A stretch of DNA of 63,502 nt, filler included, from Bigelowiella natans CCMP2755 (taxonomy: Eukaryota > Protista > Cercozoa): assembly GCA_000320545.1 (NCBI GenBank). It is 6 parts of 6 records of this genome, joined end to end, with 100 filler letters (N's around TTAATTAATTAA, not from the genome) between each part and the next. Parts side by side here need not be neighbours in the genome. Positions count along the whole stretch, not along the records: positions 1 to 27,281 come from ADNK01001683.1; positions 27,382 to 37,784 come from ADNK01002713.1; positions 37,885 to 50,014 come from ADNK01002661.1; 3 more parts are not named here. The stretch is one strand, 5' to 3'. This document shows positions 26,159 to 44,074 of the stretch, piece after piece; the stretch's first letter is position 1; each line of letters starts with the position of its first letter. The notes beneath the pieces are model-generated. The model was not told where the DNA came from. It did not search any database and worked only from the letters and a program-made list of their open reading frames with translations. Made by a program: the position numbers and the translations under genes.

Positions 26159-27799
26159 TCTCTATCTTTCCCTCTGTGCTTAATCGCCTACTCGCTCTCC
26201 TAAATATTAAGATTCTCCGTCCACCGCAGATTCAACCGGAAGATTATTTCATGATGGACACCGTCCCGATATGGTACAAGTATCACGTCGGCCCCCTCAT
26301 GCATGTGAGTGACAAAACGAAGTTGAAAGCTGAAACAGGATGGGGAGGCAGGGGTTGTACGGAGACTAACGGTTCAGAGTTACGAACATTCAAGCTCATC
26401 CTCGATGCATGGAAAACACTGCACAAACGCAATCCAATAAGCACATCTCTACGCTCCTTCCTTCCTTCCAACAAAAAGGTTGGCGGGGCCTTCTGCGATT
26501 TATCGAACGCCCTTGCGCAAGTTGCCAAGAGGAAGCAATTGGGGAGCAAGCGCTTCATTGGGCTGTTTTACGACGATTCGCGAAAGGTTTCTCCCGAACA
26601 ACTAAGGTAGGATCTTTTCACCCGTGCCGGTTATATATCCCGGAAGTATAAGGAGGGGTGGGGGGAGGCAGGGAGTCGAAACTATTGCACCAGGATAACG
26701 AATTCTCATCATCATCACATCTTCTTCCGCTCTCGATTGTCGCCTCTAGGTGGGTCATTCGATTCGCGAAAGGTTTCTCCCGAACAACTAAGGTAGGATC
26801 TTTTCACCCGTGCCGGTTATATATCCCGGAAGTATAAGGAGGGGTGGGGGGAGGCAGGGAGTCGAAACTATTGCACCAGGATAACGAATTCTCATCATCA
26901 TCACATCTTCTTCCGCTCTCGATTGTCGCCTCTAGGTGGGTCATTGGCGTGTGGGAGACCGACTTGAGTGAGTTTTAGTTACTGTTAATATACTGATTGG
27001 TAACGAAGGGGAAGGGAAGGGGGGGGGGGGGAAGGGGGGCGCTTAGAGTGATGAAGTATGGACAATAAGACTAAGTGAATATATCTCCTCCGTTGTGATT
27101 CCCTACCTACTCACGAAATAGTACCCTTCAACAACAACCCCATAGATAAGAAGCAAATAGCAGCCTTGGAGGCAGAAGGCTACAAACGATATGAGCTTGA
27201 GGTGTGCATGAGGACATATTTCTCTTATGTGCTCGCTGCTCTCGATACTACTACAAAGAAGCAACAATGATGGCGATAAAGNNNNNNNNNNNNNNNNNNN
27301 NNNNNNNNNNNNNNNNNNNNNNNNNTTAATTAATTAANNNNNNNNNNNNNNNNNNNNNNNNNNNNNNNNNNNNNNNNNNNNGGGGGGGGGAACGGTAGAT
27401 AGCAAAGGGCCGTGTGTAGAGCTGACGAGATTCAATCTCCTTCATTCTCTATGTCTCCTCTTCCCCCCCCTCCCCCCCCTCGTGATTTCGCCGATGGCGC
27501 TATCTAGAGAAGTTTCCCGGCATAACCTTGATGATCGGTTGCAGGACCTCGAAGGCAGGTTCTCCATCCAAGCTACATGTTGGTAGTGATAATAATAACA
27601 ATAATAATTATTATTATTATAATAATAATCATAATAATCATAATGGAGGAGTTGTTCTCAACGACAGCCAATCGATGACACTCTCGCAACGATGTGTCGG
27701 CTATATGCTATGCTGGTGTGCTTCGAGCAAAACAGCTCATTTTGTGGTGAGATGGTTTGGGAATGAATCAATTAGAGACATCTTATTTAAATATAAATA

Positions 27800-27875
<76 letters not shown>

Positions 27876-27960
27876 AGCGAATGCCGACTGTGTGATGGTT
27901 GAGAGCGAGCTTCCCGTGATTTTAAACTTTCGATCCGTCAGCGGCAAACAGCTGATTGGG
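25484..27960 (+). CDS. GyrI-like domain protein (TEX264-like); boundaries approximate, appears to span an assembly gap
   Basis: Exons IWYKYHVGP..KRFIGLFYDDSRKVSPEQLR|WVIGVW..LEAEGYKRYELE resemble the TEX264/GyrI motifs HxGPY and IGxYYDDPxxVxxExCR. Confidence 0.6.
26574..26945. repeat. Exact-looking tandem duplication, 2 x 186 bp, containing a whole intron
   Basis: The unit cgattcgcgaaagg...taggtgggtcatt starts at 26574 and again at 26760. Confidence 0.95.
27282..27381. other. Assembly gap spacer N44-TTAATTAATTAA-N44 (also ~37785, ~50015, ~58024, ~60627)
   Basis: The same 100-nt spacer, with stops in all six frames, occurs five times. Confidence 0.97.
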
Positions 27961-27974
27961 TAGGAAGGACACAA

Positions 27975-28015
<41 letters not shown>

Positions 28016-28169
28016 AGGTGTCAGTAGATGAGCGTAACATGTCATTAGCGCCGAATTCGCGACTGCTGAGTGCTATTCTTACCCTTGACACACCATCGGA
28101 TCAATGTCCACGCCTCCTGTTTCACAAAGCGCATAAACGGTAAGACAAAAAAACGCGCCGATTATAACG

Positions 28170-28681
28170 TACTTCACTGTGCTTCAAATTCAAAGAGGGG
28201 GCAGCAGCGAACACATCGTGACGTGGAAAGCGTTTGTTCGAAAGCCCCAAGAAAGGCGTTTTGGCATAATACGCATCGGTTTCGGCGCAACCACACCACG
28301 TAGACACACATTCGTCCAACCATTTTCTTGAATGCTCGTTCTACAAAGCAATACCGTCGAGAAGCAGGCCTATGCTCCCCTCCTTCACCTCGTCACCTGC
28401 GTTTTCACAAGGGCTCGATCAGCAGAGAGAGCATGGTTGTAACAGTAGCATTCTGCTGTTTTTCAGGGTACAGGTTTGCTAATAGTGTCGCAAAAAGTTC
28501 CGTCGTTAGCTCATTCTATGCAAAGGAAAATGATTAGAATTTGAGTTTCGAGAATAAATGACACGGGATCGATCTCATGTACGCAAATGAGAGGAGGAAA
28601 AGACGAGATCTTGTTTCTCCCTATCCCTTACACGCTACCGACCTAGGAGCTGTGTTCCCGCAACAAGGCCTCCAACCTACA

Positions 28682-28721
<40 letters not shown>

Positions 28722-29444
28722 TATTGTGTGTGTGTGTGTGTAAGTTTGTGCACATAACCATTCAACTATCAAAAATTCAAAATCTAAATACTTCGTCGAC
28801 ATCTAACGCCCTTCCCCCTCCCCCCCGTTGTCAGTGCTGATATTTTCCGCGCCCGCTATCCAAGCGCCAGCAATGCACAGGCAGCTGTTCCTTCATATAT
28901 ATATATATATATAATATATTGCAACCTTCGCGCCAAATGGGAGCATGTTGTCCATAATCCTCAGGTAGCTTAAAGGAGGAAGGAGAAGGGGAGGGAGAGG
29001 GGAAGGGGGGGGGGGGGTGTATGTTGAAATGTGGAATTAAACATGAGCGAAGAACTAGGAGAGAGAGAGAAACCAACAGTCACCACCTGTCGTGGAATGT
29101 GCGAGCATCTGCAAATAGGAGCGCGTGCGGCGTGTCCTCGGGTGTTCTGAGATCGATAGCGGCGTTTCGATAAAGAGGCAGCAGGGCGAGGGGGGAAGGG
29201 AGAGGGGAAGAAGGCAGCAGCAGCATTACTGCGCCACTGCGCTCTATCTGATAAATTCGCTCATACCGCACCTCGTGATATAATCAGCCCAATCTATCTC
29301 TTCGTCGCCACTTAGTGTAAGATTAAAAAAACCCATGTAGAGGGGGGGGGGGAGAGGGGGGGTGAGGAGAAAAAACAGAGGGATAAGGAAGAGGTTATTC
29401 TCGTGTGATTTGTGTAGAATCCAAATCCTGCATGTTGTTTGGAG

Positions 29445-29482
<38 letters not shown>

Positions 29483-30372
29483 AACATATACTACCATTAA
29501 TGGACGGAGCGCCTTGCATATCATCAGACTCAAACGTTGCGACCTTCGAAATACAACACGATTATCTCACCGTTCTTTTTAATCAACGATCATCTCTCAC
29601 CCTTGTGTTTGGAAGGTAGGCTGCGAGGGCCGTCACTGCAGTGGCTTTTGGAGAGTCGAATTCTTGCGTCGTCCCAATTACGCCGGCGCCTTGTGTGGTT
29701 AGATTCACATTTAAGAGAAATTGCGATGTTTTGTTGGACGGCCTTGTTAGTGAATACAATTACATATATCTTCTGTGATTCTCTACCCCGCAGATTCGTC
29801 CGACTTGTTTTCTTTCCCCCCCCCCCCCTCATTCTATCGTGCTTCTTTGGTGTGCGTGTACCTGACGTGACACCGAGCACGTGCTTCGTTCCGATATGAC
29901 GGCACAGGCGCTTGGCCAATTCGGCCTGTTGTGATGGCCACACGCGGCACATCTATCATCAACAAAGGTAAGTTTACTCTCCGGACGGTAACACCTCGTT
30001 CTGCTGAGCGTCTTTTGAGAAGAACACCAGAAAGTCGGGCGCATCTTGTTCCTACGGGGATCAAATGATGGGGGGGGCAGTGGAATGCGGCGAAATGGGG
30101 GGCGGTTAAATAGGAGCATAGTTCTCTCACGAGAAGAGGGAAAGTGCTGTGTTTGCATGCTACCTTATCAAGCCATTTGCAAAGGTCACTGGCCACTTTA
30201 ACCTGCAAATAACACACACTTCATTAAGGAGATGAAGATGTTTCGTCCCAGCGCCCTTCACTATGCCAGAAAGAATACCGTGTCATCTTCTCCCGACAAC
30301 TGGAAGCTCCGAAAGCGGCTGCTTGCAGTAGAGGAGGCAACCATCCTCCTTTCAGTAGACTAATATCACGCA
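28170..30372 (-). CDS. Possible FIST-domain protein (multi-exon, boundaries uncertain)
   Basis: Exons GAGVIGTTQEFDSPKATAVTALAAYLPNT, HALLFADA and VGGLVAG resemble FIST_N motifs. Confidence 0.4.
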
Positions 30373-30558
30373 TCACACCCACCGTCGCCACCGTCTTAGA
30401 ACGCCCATCACCCAATACAAAAGAACGTGGGTTGTTGTGTTTCTGACCCCTCCTCGCCGCCATCGTTTCCCTGAAGAGGAGCGCCGGGCGCTTCGCAGCA
30501 TCGTCGCGTCCCGAAATGTGAGAGAGTTGAGGCAGCTCCAGAGCAGGCCCTGCGACAC

Positions 30559-30766
30559 AGAAATAGCACCGAGCTCTTCCTAAAATTCATGCCATTTTTG
30601 CGCCTGCGACATCGAAGACGTTCCGCAGTTTTTGGGTGTAATCTAAATAATTAACGCGCTTGAAAGGGATCGACGCTCGGGAAAAAGACCTGCCTTTCCC
30701 TGTGCGCGACGCGGTCTGGAAGCTGTAAAAATGGCATGGATTTTAGGAAGAATTCGGTGGTATTTT
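30559..30766. promoter_or_regulatory. Imperfect ~40-bp inverted repeat in a divergent intergenic region (MITE remnant or paired promoter motif)
   Basis: Left arm aatagcaccgagctcttcctaaaattcatgccattttt (~30562-30599); the right arm (30727-30766) reverse-complements to aataccaccgaattcttcctaaaatccatgccattttt. Confidence 0.7.
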
Positions 30767-30961
30767 TTCGTCTTAGAGTGAAAAGGCGACAAGCCGGAGA
30801 AGACGGATAAGCCGGAGAGTGTGCTAGATCCTCATTGCTTCATTTATTTTATTCATTTATTCATTTAGTGGTCTTCCTACGTGTGTGTCCACCCCCCACA
30901 CACTGAATCGGGTTGGTTTCGACTGGTTGAAGGACACCACTCAACATTGGCACGACGTTAG

Positions 30962-31518
30962 ATGGGAGGAAATGTCTCCTCGTTAATTCAAGAAAAGACG
31001 GTGGTGGCTTACACGTTGTATGGCTCCGGATGCAAGCGATGCTGCAGCAATGATTGCGAGTTTTATCTTGGAGCTCCTAAGGAGGGCTGCTGCGGTGTTG
31101 CGTCTTATACAACAAATTTCTCCTCACAAGCTCCACTGGCTGCGATGGAAGTGCTACAAGACTTTGAACGAGACTTAATGCAACCAGCCCAGATAGCAAG
31201 TGAGCATGTGACCTATTGTTCCCACATTCTCATGGGGCAGTGTGATTCTACTGCAGAAAGGGCTGCAAGGTATACGACCCAAAAAATTTGCGCGATGATT
31301 TTTACATGTAAAGTAGAAGTTATTTCTGACTAGTATCAATGCGACACAGGGCAATTGAGGAGGATTGGTGCCCCGCTTGGAATGAAAGGTTTCAGGAAGA
31401 GAATTTGGTGTGTCAGGTACGGGCAGAAGTTTTCGGATTTGGAAGATCACGAGCTACCTTTCTTGTGATTCGGGTTTTGAATCCAAACTCCGGGAGGAAT
31501 GGAGATGCTAAAATGTGA
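30962..31518 (+). CDS. Small Cys-rich protein, probable N-myristoylation (MGGNVS), one intron
   Basis: ORF from 30962 splices (gtatac..acacag) into RAIEEDWCPAWNERFQ..GDAKM*. Confidence 0.65.
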
Positions 31519-32751
31519 CTGTTGCGTTGTTAATTAAGTTGGGAATATCATTCCGCGGCAGCGTCAATAGGCTTGCATGTCACGCTGTGAGAGTTATGGA
31601 TATTTTGTCATCAACACTATCGCAGTGATTTATTAGCAAAGAGCCTGATGCACATGTTTGCAGAAGTGTGAATCGGGCAGGTGAATTTTGGCTAGAAGCT
31701 GAATTGATTGCCTATGCCCATAGCAGATCTGCAACTCTACAGTTGTGTGCGCATGCTGCGATGCGTGTTGGATTTTTCAGCCTTGCTGTTGGTCATTAGC
31801 ATTTTTGTGCATCTAGCATCTACCGGCGCTTTGTGTGATGACACGGCCGTTTGTCGTGTTGTCGGTTCATATTTTTCGCCTTCTACTAGCAGTGTGCGTT
31901 CATTAGACTCCCACTTTGCTGCTGCTGCTGGCAGAAGTGAGCGCAGCATGCTGCACGTGCATGCGCACGAACACGCGTCGAGTCGGCCATGCATGCATGC
32001 TACGCATCACGGAGGAACACTGTTGCTTCGGATCACAATGTGAATCAAGTGTGATCTTGCTGCAGAATGCTGCCTCGTTCGCATCCATTAGGCCACGCAA
32101 TGATTGACCCATGAGCTAGCGACGCTAGTCACAGCATGCGTACAACTTTGTTTTTGCCCTGCTACATGAGGATGACCATTGAACAAATTTAATTTGATTG
32201 ATGATATCCGTCTTACACTGCATCTTCATTTTAAATTTGTTCTCCGCGACTTCTATTGACTTCGTTTAGTTTTTCCTCGAACTCTGATTCCAATTTATCT
32301 TCAAGTTAAATTTTTAAATTATTGGTTTTCTGAAATTTTCTTTGCGTTCTCCTCTCAATGCTCTACAATTAGCATTGATCCTTTGTAGCGCAGCGTTTGT
32401 TTTTCCAGTAATTTATTTTTTTTTAGTTTCTTTTCTTTTGTCTTTTCATCGTCACTGACTGTATCAAGTTCCGAGTTAACAACCATCTTCTTCGCATTAA
32501 CTGGCTCGTCTTCGGTCCCCTTGTCTTTTTCCTCTTAGAAGGACGAGATGACGAAGACGATATAGGATTTGGGAGGGGGGAGTGAGACGGAAGGACGACT
32601 CACTTGTCTTCATGTCTTCTTTTGAAGTGGTATTGGGGATCCATTTCCTGTTTTGTGATCTGACATTTTATTAATCGACGCCCTCCTCCTAGGTCTCGGA
32701 TACCAACTCTCTGACATCTGGATTTGAGCACCGGGGGGTGCGACGCCGGAT

Positions 32752-32806
<55 letters not shown>

Positions 32807-33260
32807 GTGTGTGTGCGTGCGTTGCGAAGAGTCGGAACCCGGGAATAGAGGAGGAAGGGAGCCTATCCGTCGAGGTCTCGATCCGCGTCGATGCCGTCAA
32901 AGTTCCAAAACCATGCGACGATATCACCCCAGTCGCGGGACCACGTTCGGATGTCTTCGGGGAGCGAGTGGACGGGGAGCTTGTTCTAGAGCACTCCCAG
33001 CGACTTCCATTCCGTTTCTTCCGAGCGACATCTCTCGGAAACAGTCGACGGTCTGGAAACGCCTACGTTTATTCCCAAATTAAATTTAAAATTCCATGCC
33101 ATTTCTAAAGTGCGTCAAGAGAATCTGGCAAATATCTCGTAAAAAAGGCCGATCGCCTCTGAGACTTCCTGGCCTCTCCCCTTCGGGTACCCCTCCTGCA
33201 TCCCCTCCCGACTACGCCGGCCAACCCTCGCTTTCTCAGAAGGGACACACTTCAACAGTT

Positions 33261-35040
33261 ATGCTAGTTGCATTACTGGCCATGGTGCTGTCGGGGATAC
33301 CCGTGAATGGCCGCCTGGCTTCGCTCACGGCTGCACAGCGATCACTCTGTGGTGGGAACGCCCCACGCCAACAACGTCAGCTTCTCAGATCAAGAGTCGG
33401 CCAATTCCATTCGATTCCTCTCGGTGGCGGGAAGCAAAGGAGAGGGCTACGGCAACTTTTTTCCTCTGAGCTGAATCAGGATGAGGTAGAACGGAATAGA
33501 CGCATGTGCTGAGCCGTGTCCCTCCCTCAAACACAGAAATAGGAACGCATTAGCGATTGTTATTTGCGTTTGCCTTCCTCTTCATTCGAACATTCAGTGA
33601 CGAAACGCTGTTACCGTTTCCCCACAGAACATGCGTGTAGGGCACCATCTTTGGAACTAAAGACAATTTTTGCTGCTGTTGTCTTATTTGTAGAAATTCG
33701 AGAAAGATGCTCGCGTCGAAGCCATGCGTAGAATCAAAGTACTTATTGATTGTTCTTGAGAAAATATCGTGCCATAGTTACCCCTTGAATCATGTGTCTG
33801 GCTCATATTTGAATGCAACGCCTTGCTTACAGGCAGCTGGAAATCGCAACAGTCCAGAAGAGGCGCTTGGGGTGTGTGCCTTCCTCTCTCTCCCCCTCTC
33901 TCCTTTTCCCTCTCGTGTGTGTGTGTGTGTGTGTGTGTGTTTAATATAGGAAAGAGAGGGGAAGGCTGGGACTTGCGTCTATAGTATGTGAATATTTATC
34001 ATCATCAAAATGAATCAGGTGCTTAGTGACATGGCAAACATCGGAGTAATGCCGGACGCACAGGTGTGTCGTTGTTGTGCGCTCTCCATGGCGCTACAGG
34101 CATCGTGAGCGGGCCTATGCAGTAGCCCCATAGAACGAAATACCTGACAAAATCGAAATTCCACGAGAATCCCAATTTCCATCTCCTGACTTTCACTACT
34201 TTATGCGCCGTCGTAGGTCGTCACAGCGCTCGTTGACGTCTTCGCGAGGAAGGGGAATATGGCAATGGCGATGAAGGTAAGGAAGGGAGAAAATGGTTAC
34301 GGTAGATGGCCTGCTTTGGACGGAAAAAGCGACAAGATTCTCTCACATCTTTTATTCGAGCTTTTATTCTTTCCTCCCATGAAAGGAAAGTGATGACGGC
34401 ATGCATGATTTGCACCAGGTGTTCCAGCAAATGTTTAGAGAAGAGAACGGTCTTGAACCTGACGAGGTACTGCTTTGGACGGCATGTTCCGAATATATTT
34501 ATGTGAGTGGGCGTACGAAGATCCTCTTAGAAATAAATGCTATTTCCAATACTTGGGATTGACCACATCGCTTGGAAGAGCACCCATGCGAATAATAGTC
34601 CGTAACTCTAAATCTGCCGATGTTTTCTGTGCAAAATGAGGGGGGGGGGGGGGGGGGGAAAAGAGAATTTGTGATCACGACGAGGGGAAGAAAGCGAGAG
34701 AGGGGGGAGGAGAGAGAAAACTGAAATTGCCAGCTTCAATATCCGTCTTTGTCTTCATAATCTCCGCCATCACGTGTAATATCTCGCCTTTCTTAACCCC
34801 TTTTCCGTCAAGGTTACGTTCAAAATCCTCGTCGATGGATATGGAAAGGTATATGGGGGGGGGGGGTCGAAGGGGCAACACTAGATATATGCACAACTAC
34901 TAATGTGCGTGATTGTTATCATCACATGATTCTGCTATGGAATTAAAAAAAAATGGTAGGCAATAACTGCTGAAGTTTATCGATGCTTCATTCTTGTCGT
35001 GTCATCTTCCAGAGGCCTGAGAGGATATATATAAGCAATG

Positions 35041-35078
<38 letters not shown>

Positions 35079-35168
35079 TACCCGATTGTTTTGGTAGATC
35101 GAGCCTCCTGACTGGGGGAAAATCAGTCGCCTCCTGAACCTAATGGAACTTACGTGATGCCTGCACAT

Positions 35169-35207
<39 letters not shown>

Positions 35208-35932
35208 CACTCACACACTCGCACCCATCATTCACTATTGCTGCACGAACTCGCACGCTGAGTGTATCTTCGTCAGGTACGAGATTCCACCTTCCACAAT
35301 GACTTACAACGGCCTCCTCTCCATCTGCGCAAGGTGTGCGACAGCCCCCACCTCCCCCCCCCCCAAATCCTATGATTTACCAGTACCCGGGAGGGGAAAT
35401 ACAATACCGATGTTTGATATAAACGACATCTTGTATGGCAAGAGTATCATCAGCAAAATGATGGTGATACAGCCCATCATCGCACTGCGCGGAACTCCCT
35501 ACCTGTTATTCTCACGTTTTCACCGTAATCGCTGCCGCGCCCTTTGTATGAGGATATATTATTGCCCATCAACCTCTCGAAGAAGAGACTGATCGTGTCG
35601 AATGCCAAACATCCCCGCCTGCAAATAACAACATCTAAATCAAATTTTAAAACCTGGAAAAATAATGAAGGACGAAGGACTACGAGCGCGCTTATGAGCT
35701 GATAGATCGGTATCTTTTTTAACGAAACTAATCGATGGCACCCGCCGTCGCCAAGAGGGACGCCATTATAGCGTTATATTACGGGTTGACAGTGATAAAT
35801 GGTTACCTGTGCCGTATTACTCACATGATCTGCTGCATGAACAGAATGGACGCTGCTTCTATCGAACCTGACCACCAAACGCTCCAGGTAAATAATAACA
35901 ATAATAGTAATGGCAATGAGGCGGATGAGGAC

Positions 35933-35965
<33 letters not shown>

Positions 35966-36011
35966 CTTCGTCGTCGCAGCCGTATCACCGCCTCATCGGC
36001 CTCGTCAAGGC

Positions 36012-36048
<37 letters not shown>

Positions 36049-36540
36049 GTTATAATTGGAATCGTGGATGTTCCCAATGATGTTAATGTCGCATCCTCTC
36101 CCCCCCCTTAGATCGTTCATGAGAAGAAGGCACTTAGAGGTTACCTGCGAAAGGTGTTTTCCGGTAATATTGCGCGCGACAACGACGCTTTTTTTTCCAT
36201 TGCGAAAGTTTTCCCCCTCAAAAATTGGGATACTCTGCGGCGTTTTCTGCCGGTGAATATCGACGAATTTCGGTCTGTGTATGGCTGTGATCATTTGTCG
36301 GTGTTTTGGAGGGTGAGAGTCGTCGGCACGCACGTGGTTGTAGAAGGGTGCACGTGTTTTGGGAAATTGTAATCAATGCTATGCGCATATATGCTATCGC
36401 ATTGTCACGTTTCTCGAAACGTTGTCTTCAACTTTTTTTTCTTGCTTTCCTTTGACTTTTGTCTTTTGACTGCTACTTTGCGCACTCGATCGCTCAGGTA
36501 CCCGCCTCAACTACGACCCCACAATGTGAATGAGGTGTAT
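33261..36540 (+). CDS. Pentatricopeptide-repeat (PPR) protein with signal plus transit-like leader; 3' end approximate
   Basis: Leader MLVALLAMVLSG followed by an Arg/Ser-rich segment. PPR-like exons: EEALG|VLSDMANIGVMPDAQ|VVTALVDVFARKGEY and TMTYNGLLSICAR. Confidence 0.7.
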
Positions 36541-37552
36541 TCATGTATTTTTGTAAACAAGCGGATGCAGATATATATCGATGAGAAGGAGCGATGCGGT
36601 TTAGCTTCACGCCGTATTGATGTTTGATGATATGCATTGTGGAATAGCCTACGTGGCTAGCTAGCTAGCTAGCTATATAGGTTGCATAGCTAAATAGCTG
36701 CTTGCGTGATCGAATGCTAGTATTATGGCCGCAGTTGCGCTTCACAATGGAATAACCACTACTTAATGTTACACCTCACAATGCAACTTGACAGACAGTT
36801 AGGTGTGTGACCTGCTAGCGTGCTATGCAGCAATGTGCAGCAAGCTAGCAAGCCTCAAGCGATAAATCTAGACATTTAAATGCTACTACCATTTAAAAGA
36901 TTTGGTTTGTTCAATCACTACTATCCATCTCATGATCGATACGCCGATGAGTGTGTGTGCTTGCTGCGTGTGTGAGACGAATGCAATGAATTGATTAAGG
37001 TCACCCTGATGTAGCTGCGTGTGTAGTCGCCAAGCTCGTCTGGTCGTCACCACATCAACTCACGTGTACGTGCATCACATAGATGCTGCGCTATTTTTAT
37101 GCTGCTGCTTCACAACTAATTCTTCACGTCAATTTCTTTGGTAACATTGGTGACACCCCTACTACCGCTGTTGTTGCTGCTGTTGTTGTTGTTGTCGTTA
37201 CCCTGGGGACCTCTCTTGACCGATCCAGCTGCTGACGAATTGTTGGCGTTGTTTGCGGATGCGCCACGACTCAGCTGCTTCATGGCTTGACGCCGCCGCT
37301 GCGTGGAGAATACGGCAAAGTTACTTGTGGAAAAAGCGATCACGTGCCAAAAGAGATCCAAAGAAAAGCCAAAGGGAAAGCTGTGGGTGGGGGGGGGTGG
37401 GGAGGGGCAGACCCTTCTGATAATCTTTAGCTTGTCTTTGGTATTTAGAACCTTTTCACATGTAAAGGGATTGGGTAGGATAGGTGCGTGACATTGGGCT
37501 TCATGTACAGAATGTTTGTGAGTTTCTCTTGATGAATGGAGTGAATGATGTG

Positions 37553-37588
<36 letters not shown>

Positions 37589-37899
37589 TGCGTGTGCGTA
37601 CAACATTCGTTTACACATGTTGATTTTCTTTGTTATCGGAGAGTATGGCTCAAATACAACAATACTGCTATTTATCTAAACCAACACGCACGCACACAAA
37701 CACACAATCGCGCTTTGCTTCCACCTCCCACATCTCCTCAGCCTCTTCCCTCAAATCCGCCTCGGTCCACGCCGGAAACATCCTNNNNNNNNNNNNNNNN
37801 NNNNNNNNNNNNNNNNNNNNNNNNNNNNTTAATTAATTAANNNNNNNNNNNNNNNNNNNNNNNNNNNNNNNNNNNNNNNNNNNNCCGTTTCGAGGCCAT

Positions 37900-42740
<4,841 letters not shown>

Positions 42741-44074
42741 TAAGAATAAGTATTATTGTCTGATACGATTTTTGTATTTTTTGCTTTGCGAATGCATCTA
42801 CATTACTCCCAAATTATTATTTTGTGAGATTGCTAGAATTTTTGGTCACCAAATGTACGGTCTTGTCTTGATTGTGCCAGCCGTCACCCTGGATTGAGTG
42901 TATTCATGCAAGTTAAACCGGAAGATAAAACAGTAAAGGGGGATGGAAGATCTCCCCATGCAAAAACGCCATGGTTAATCCGTACTGAAATTTTATAATA
43001 TCAAACAAATTGTAATTGATGCAACCTTTCACCCCCCTCTCCCAAGTCAAGCGTAAGCCCTGGTCGCTTCATACTTTCCCAAAATCAATTAATTCGGTTC
43101 TGTAAACGATTCTATCAGTGCCGTTTATCGTAGGATTTCTAGTTAAAATTTTCTTCCATTAATCTTCTTTCTGTCCATTAGGTTTACAGACAATGTGTAA
43201 GCTCAAGGAGGCAAAATAATGATTTCAAAATGCTCATGTTGTGAAAGCGTCGACTTATACGAAAACGTATTAAAATTCAATTTTTTCCAATAACTACAAG
43301 GTGGAAGGCAAAAGGCTCGAAACAACATCAATCCTCTTCGCGTTCTTTATAAGAATATTATTTATCTTCATTGCCACCATAAAGTGAAATATCGGAAAGG
43401 AGCTGTCACCTTCTTTCCCACTTCCGGCGGGGGGAGGGAAGATACCGGTGCCGCGCATAGAATATAAGGAAGGCACTTTCGTCCTATATAGATGTTTTGG
43501 GGTTAAAATAATTTCTAATAATTTTTTTAACGAGAATAGTAAGCGTAACGTTTTTTTCCTAGTGTGAGCACTTTCCGATATCTTCAGATATTTTCAGAGT
43601 AGTTTTTGGTCTATTAATTGTGTTAATGAAACATGGGGAAAATGTGTCGCCAGATGAGGGCTTAAACGGCTCATTGGAAGGCAAATGTCGCTGTATGAAA
43701 TTCCGCCGGATTTCTCTGAAAAGTAAATCCAATTGAAATATTTCATGTCGCATATATAAATATCATTACATGTCATGACCCTTATACCGAGGCAGTAACT
43801 TTTATATCTTAACTGAAGCAAGAGAAGTCGGCTCCTCACCCCCTCCCCCATATCTTGCCTTGTTGCACCACATAAGGTTGGTATATTTTAATTCAAGGGC
43901 GAAAGAGCATCTAACGATCATGAGCATTCGTTCCTGAAATATTTCTTTCTTTCTTTGGGGGATAAAATCGAGGCGTGCACATCATACTGACTTCCGATGA
44001 TGACGTTTGAACATTACTTAGCGGTTCATCCATAGGAGTGCAGCTGGGAGAGACTCGCAGACACTGTGGAAACA

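Noticed and set aside
32200-33090. Possible Lys/Glu-rich minus-strand gene
   Set aside because: I could not build a consistent frame, so it may be a pseudogene; not called.
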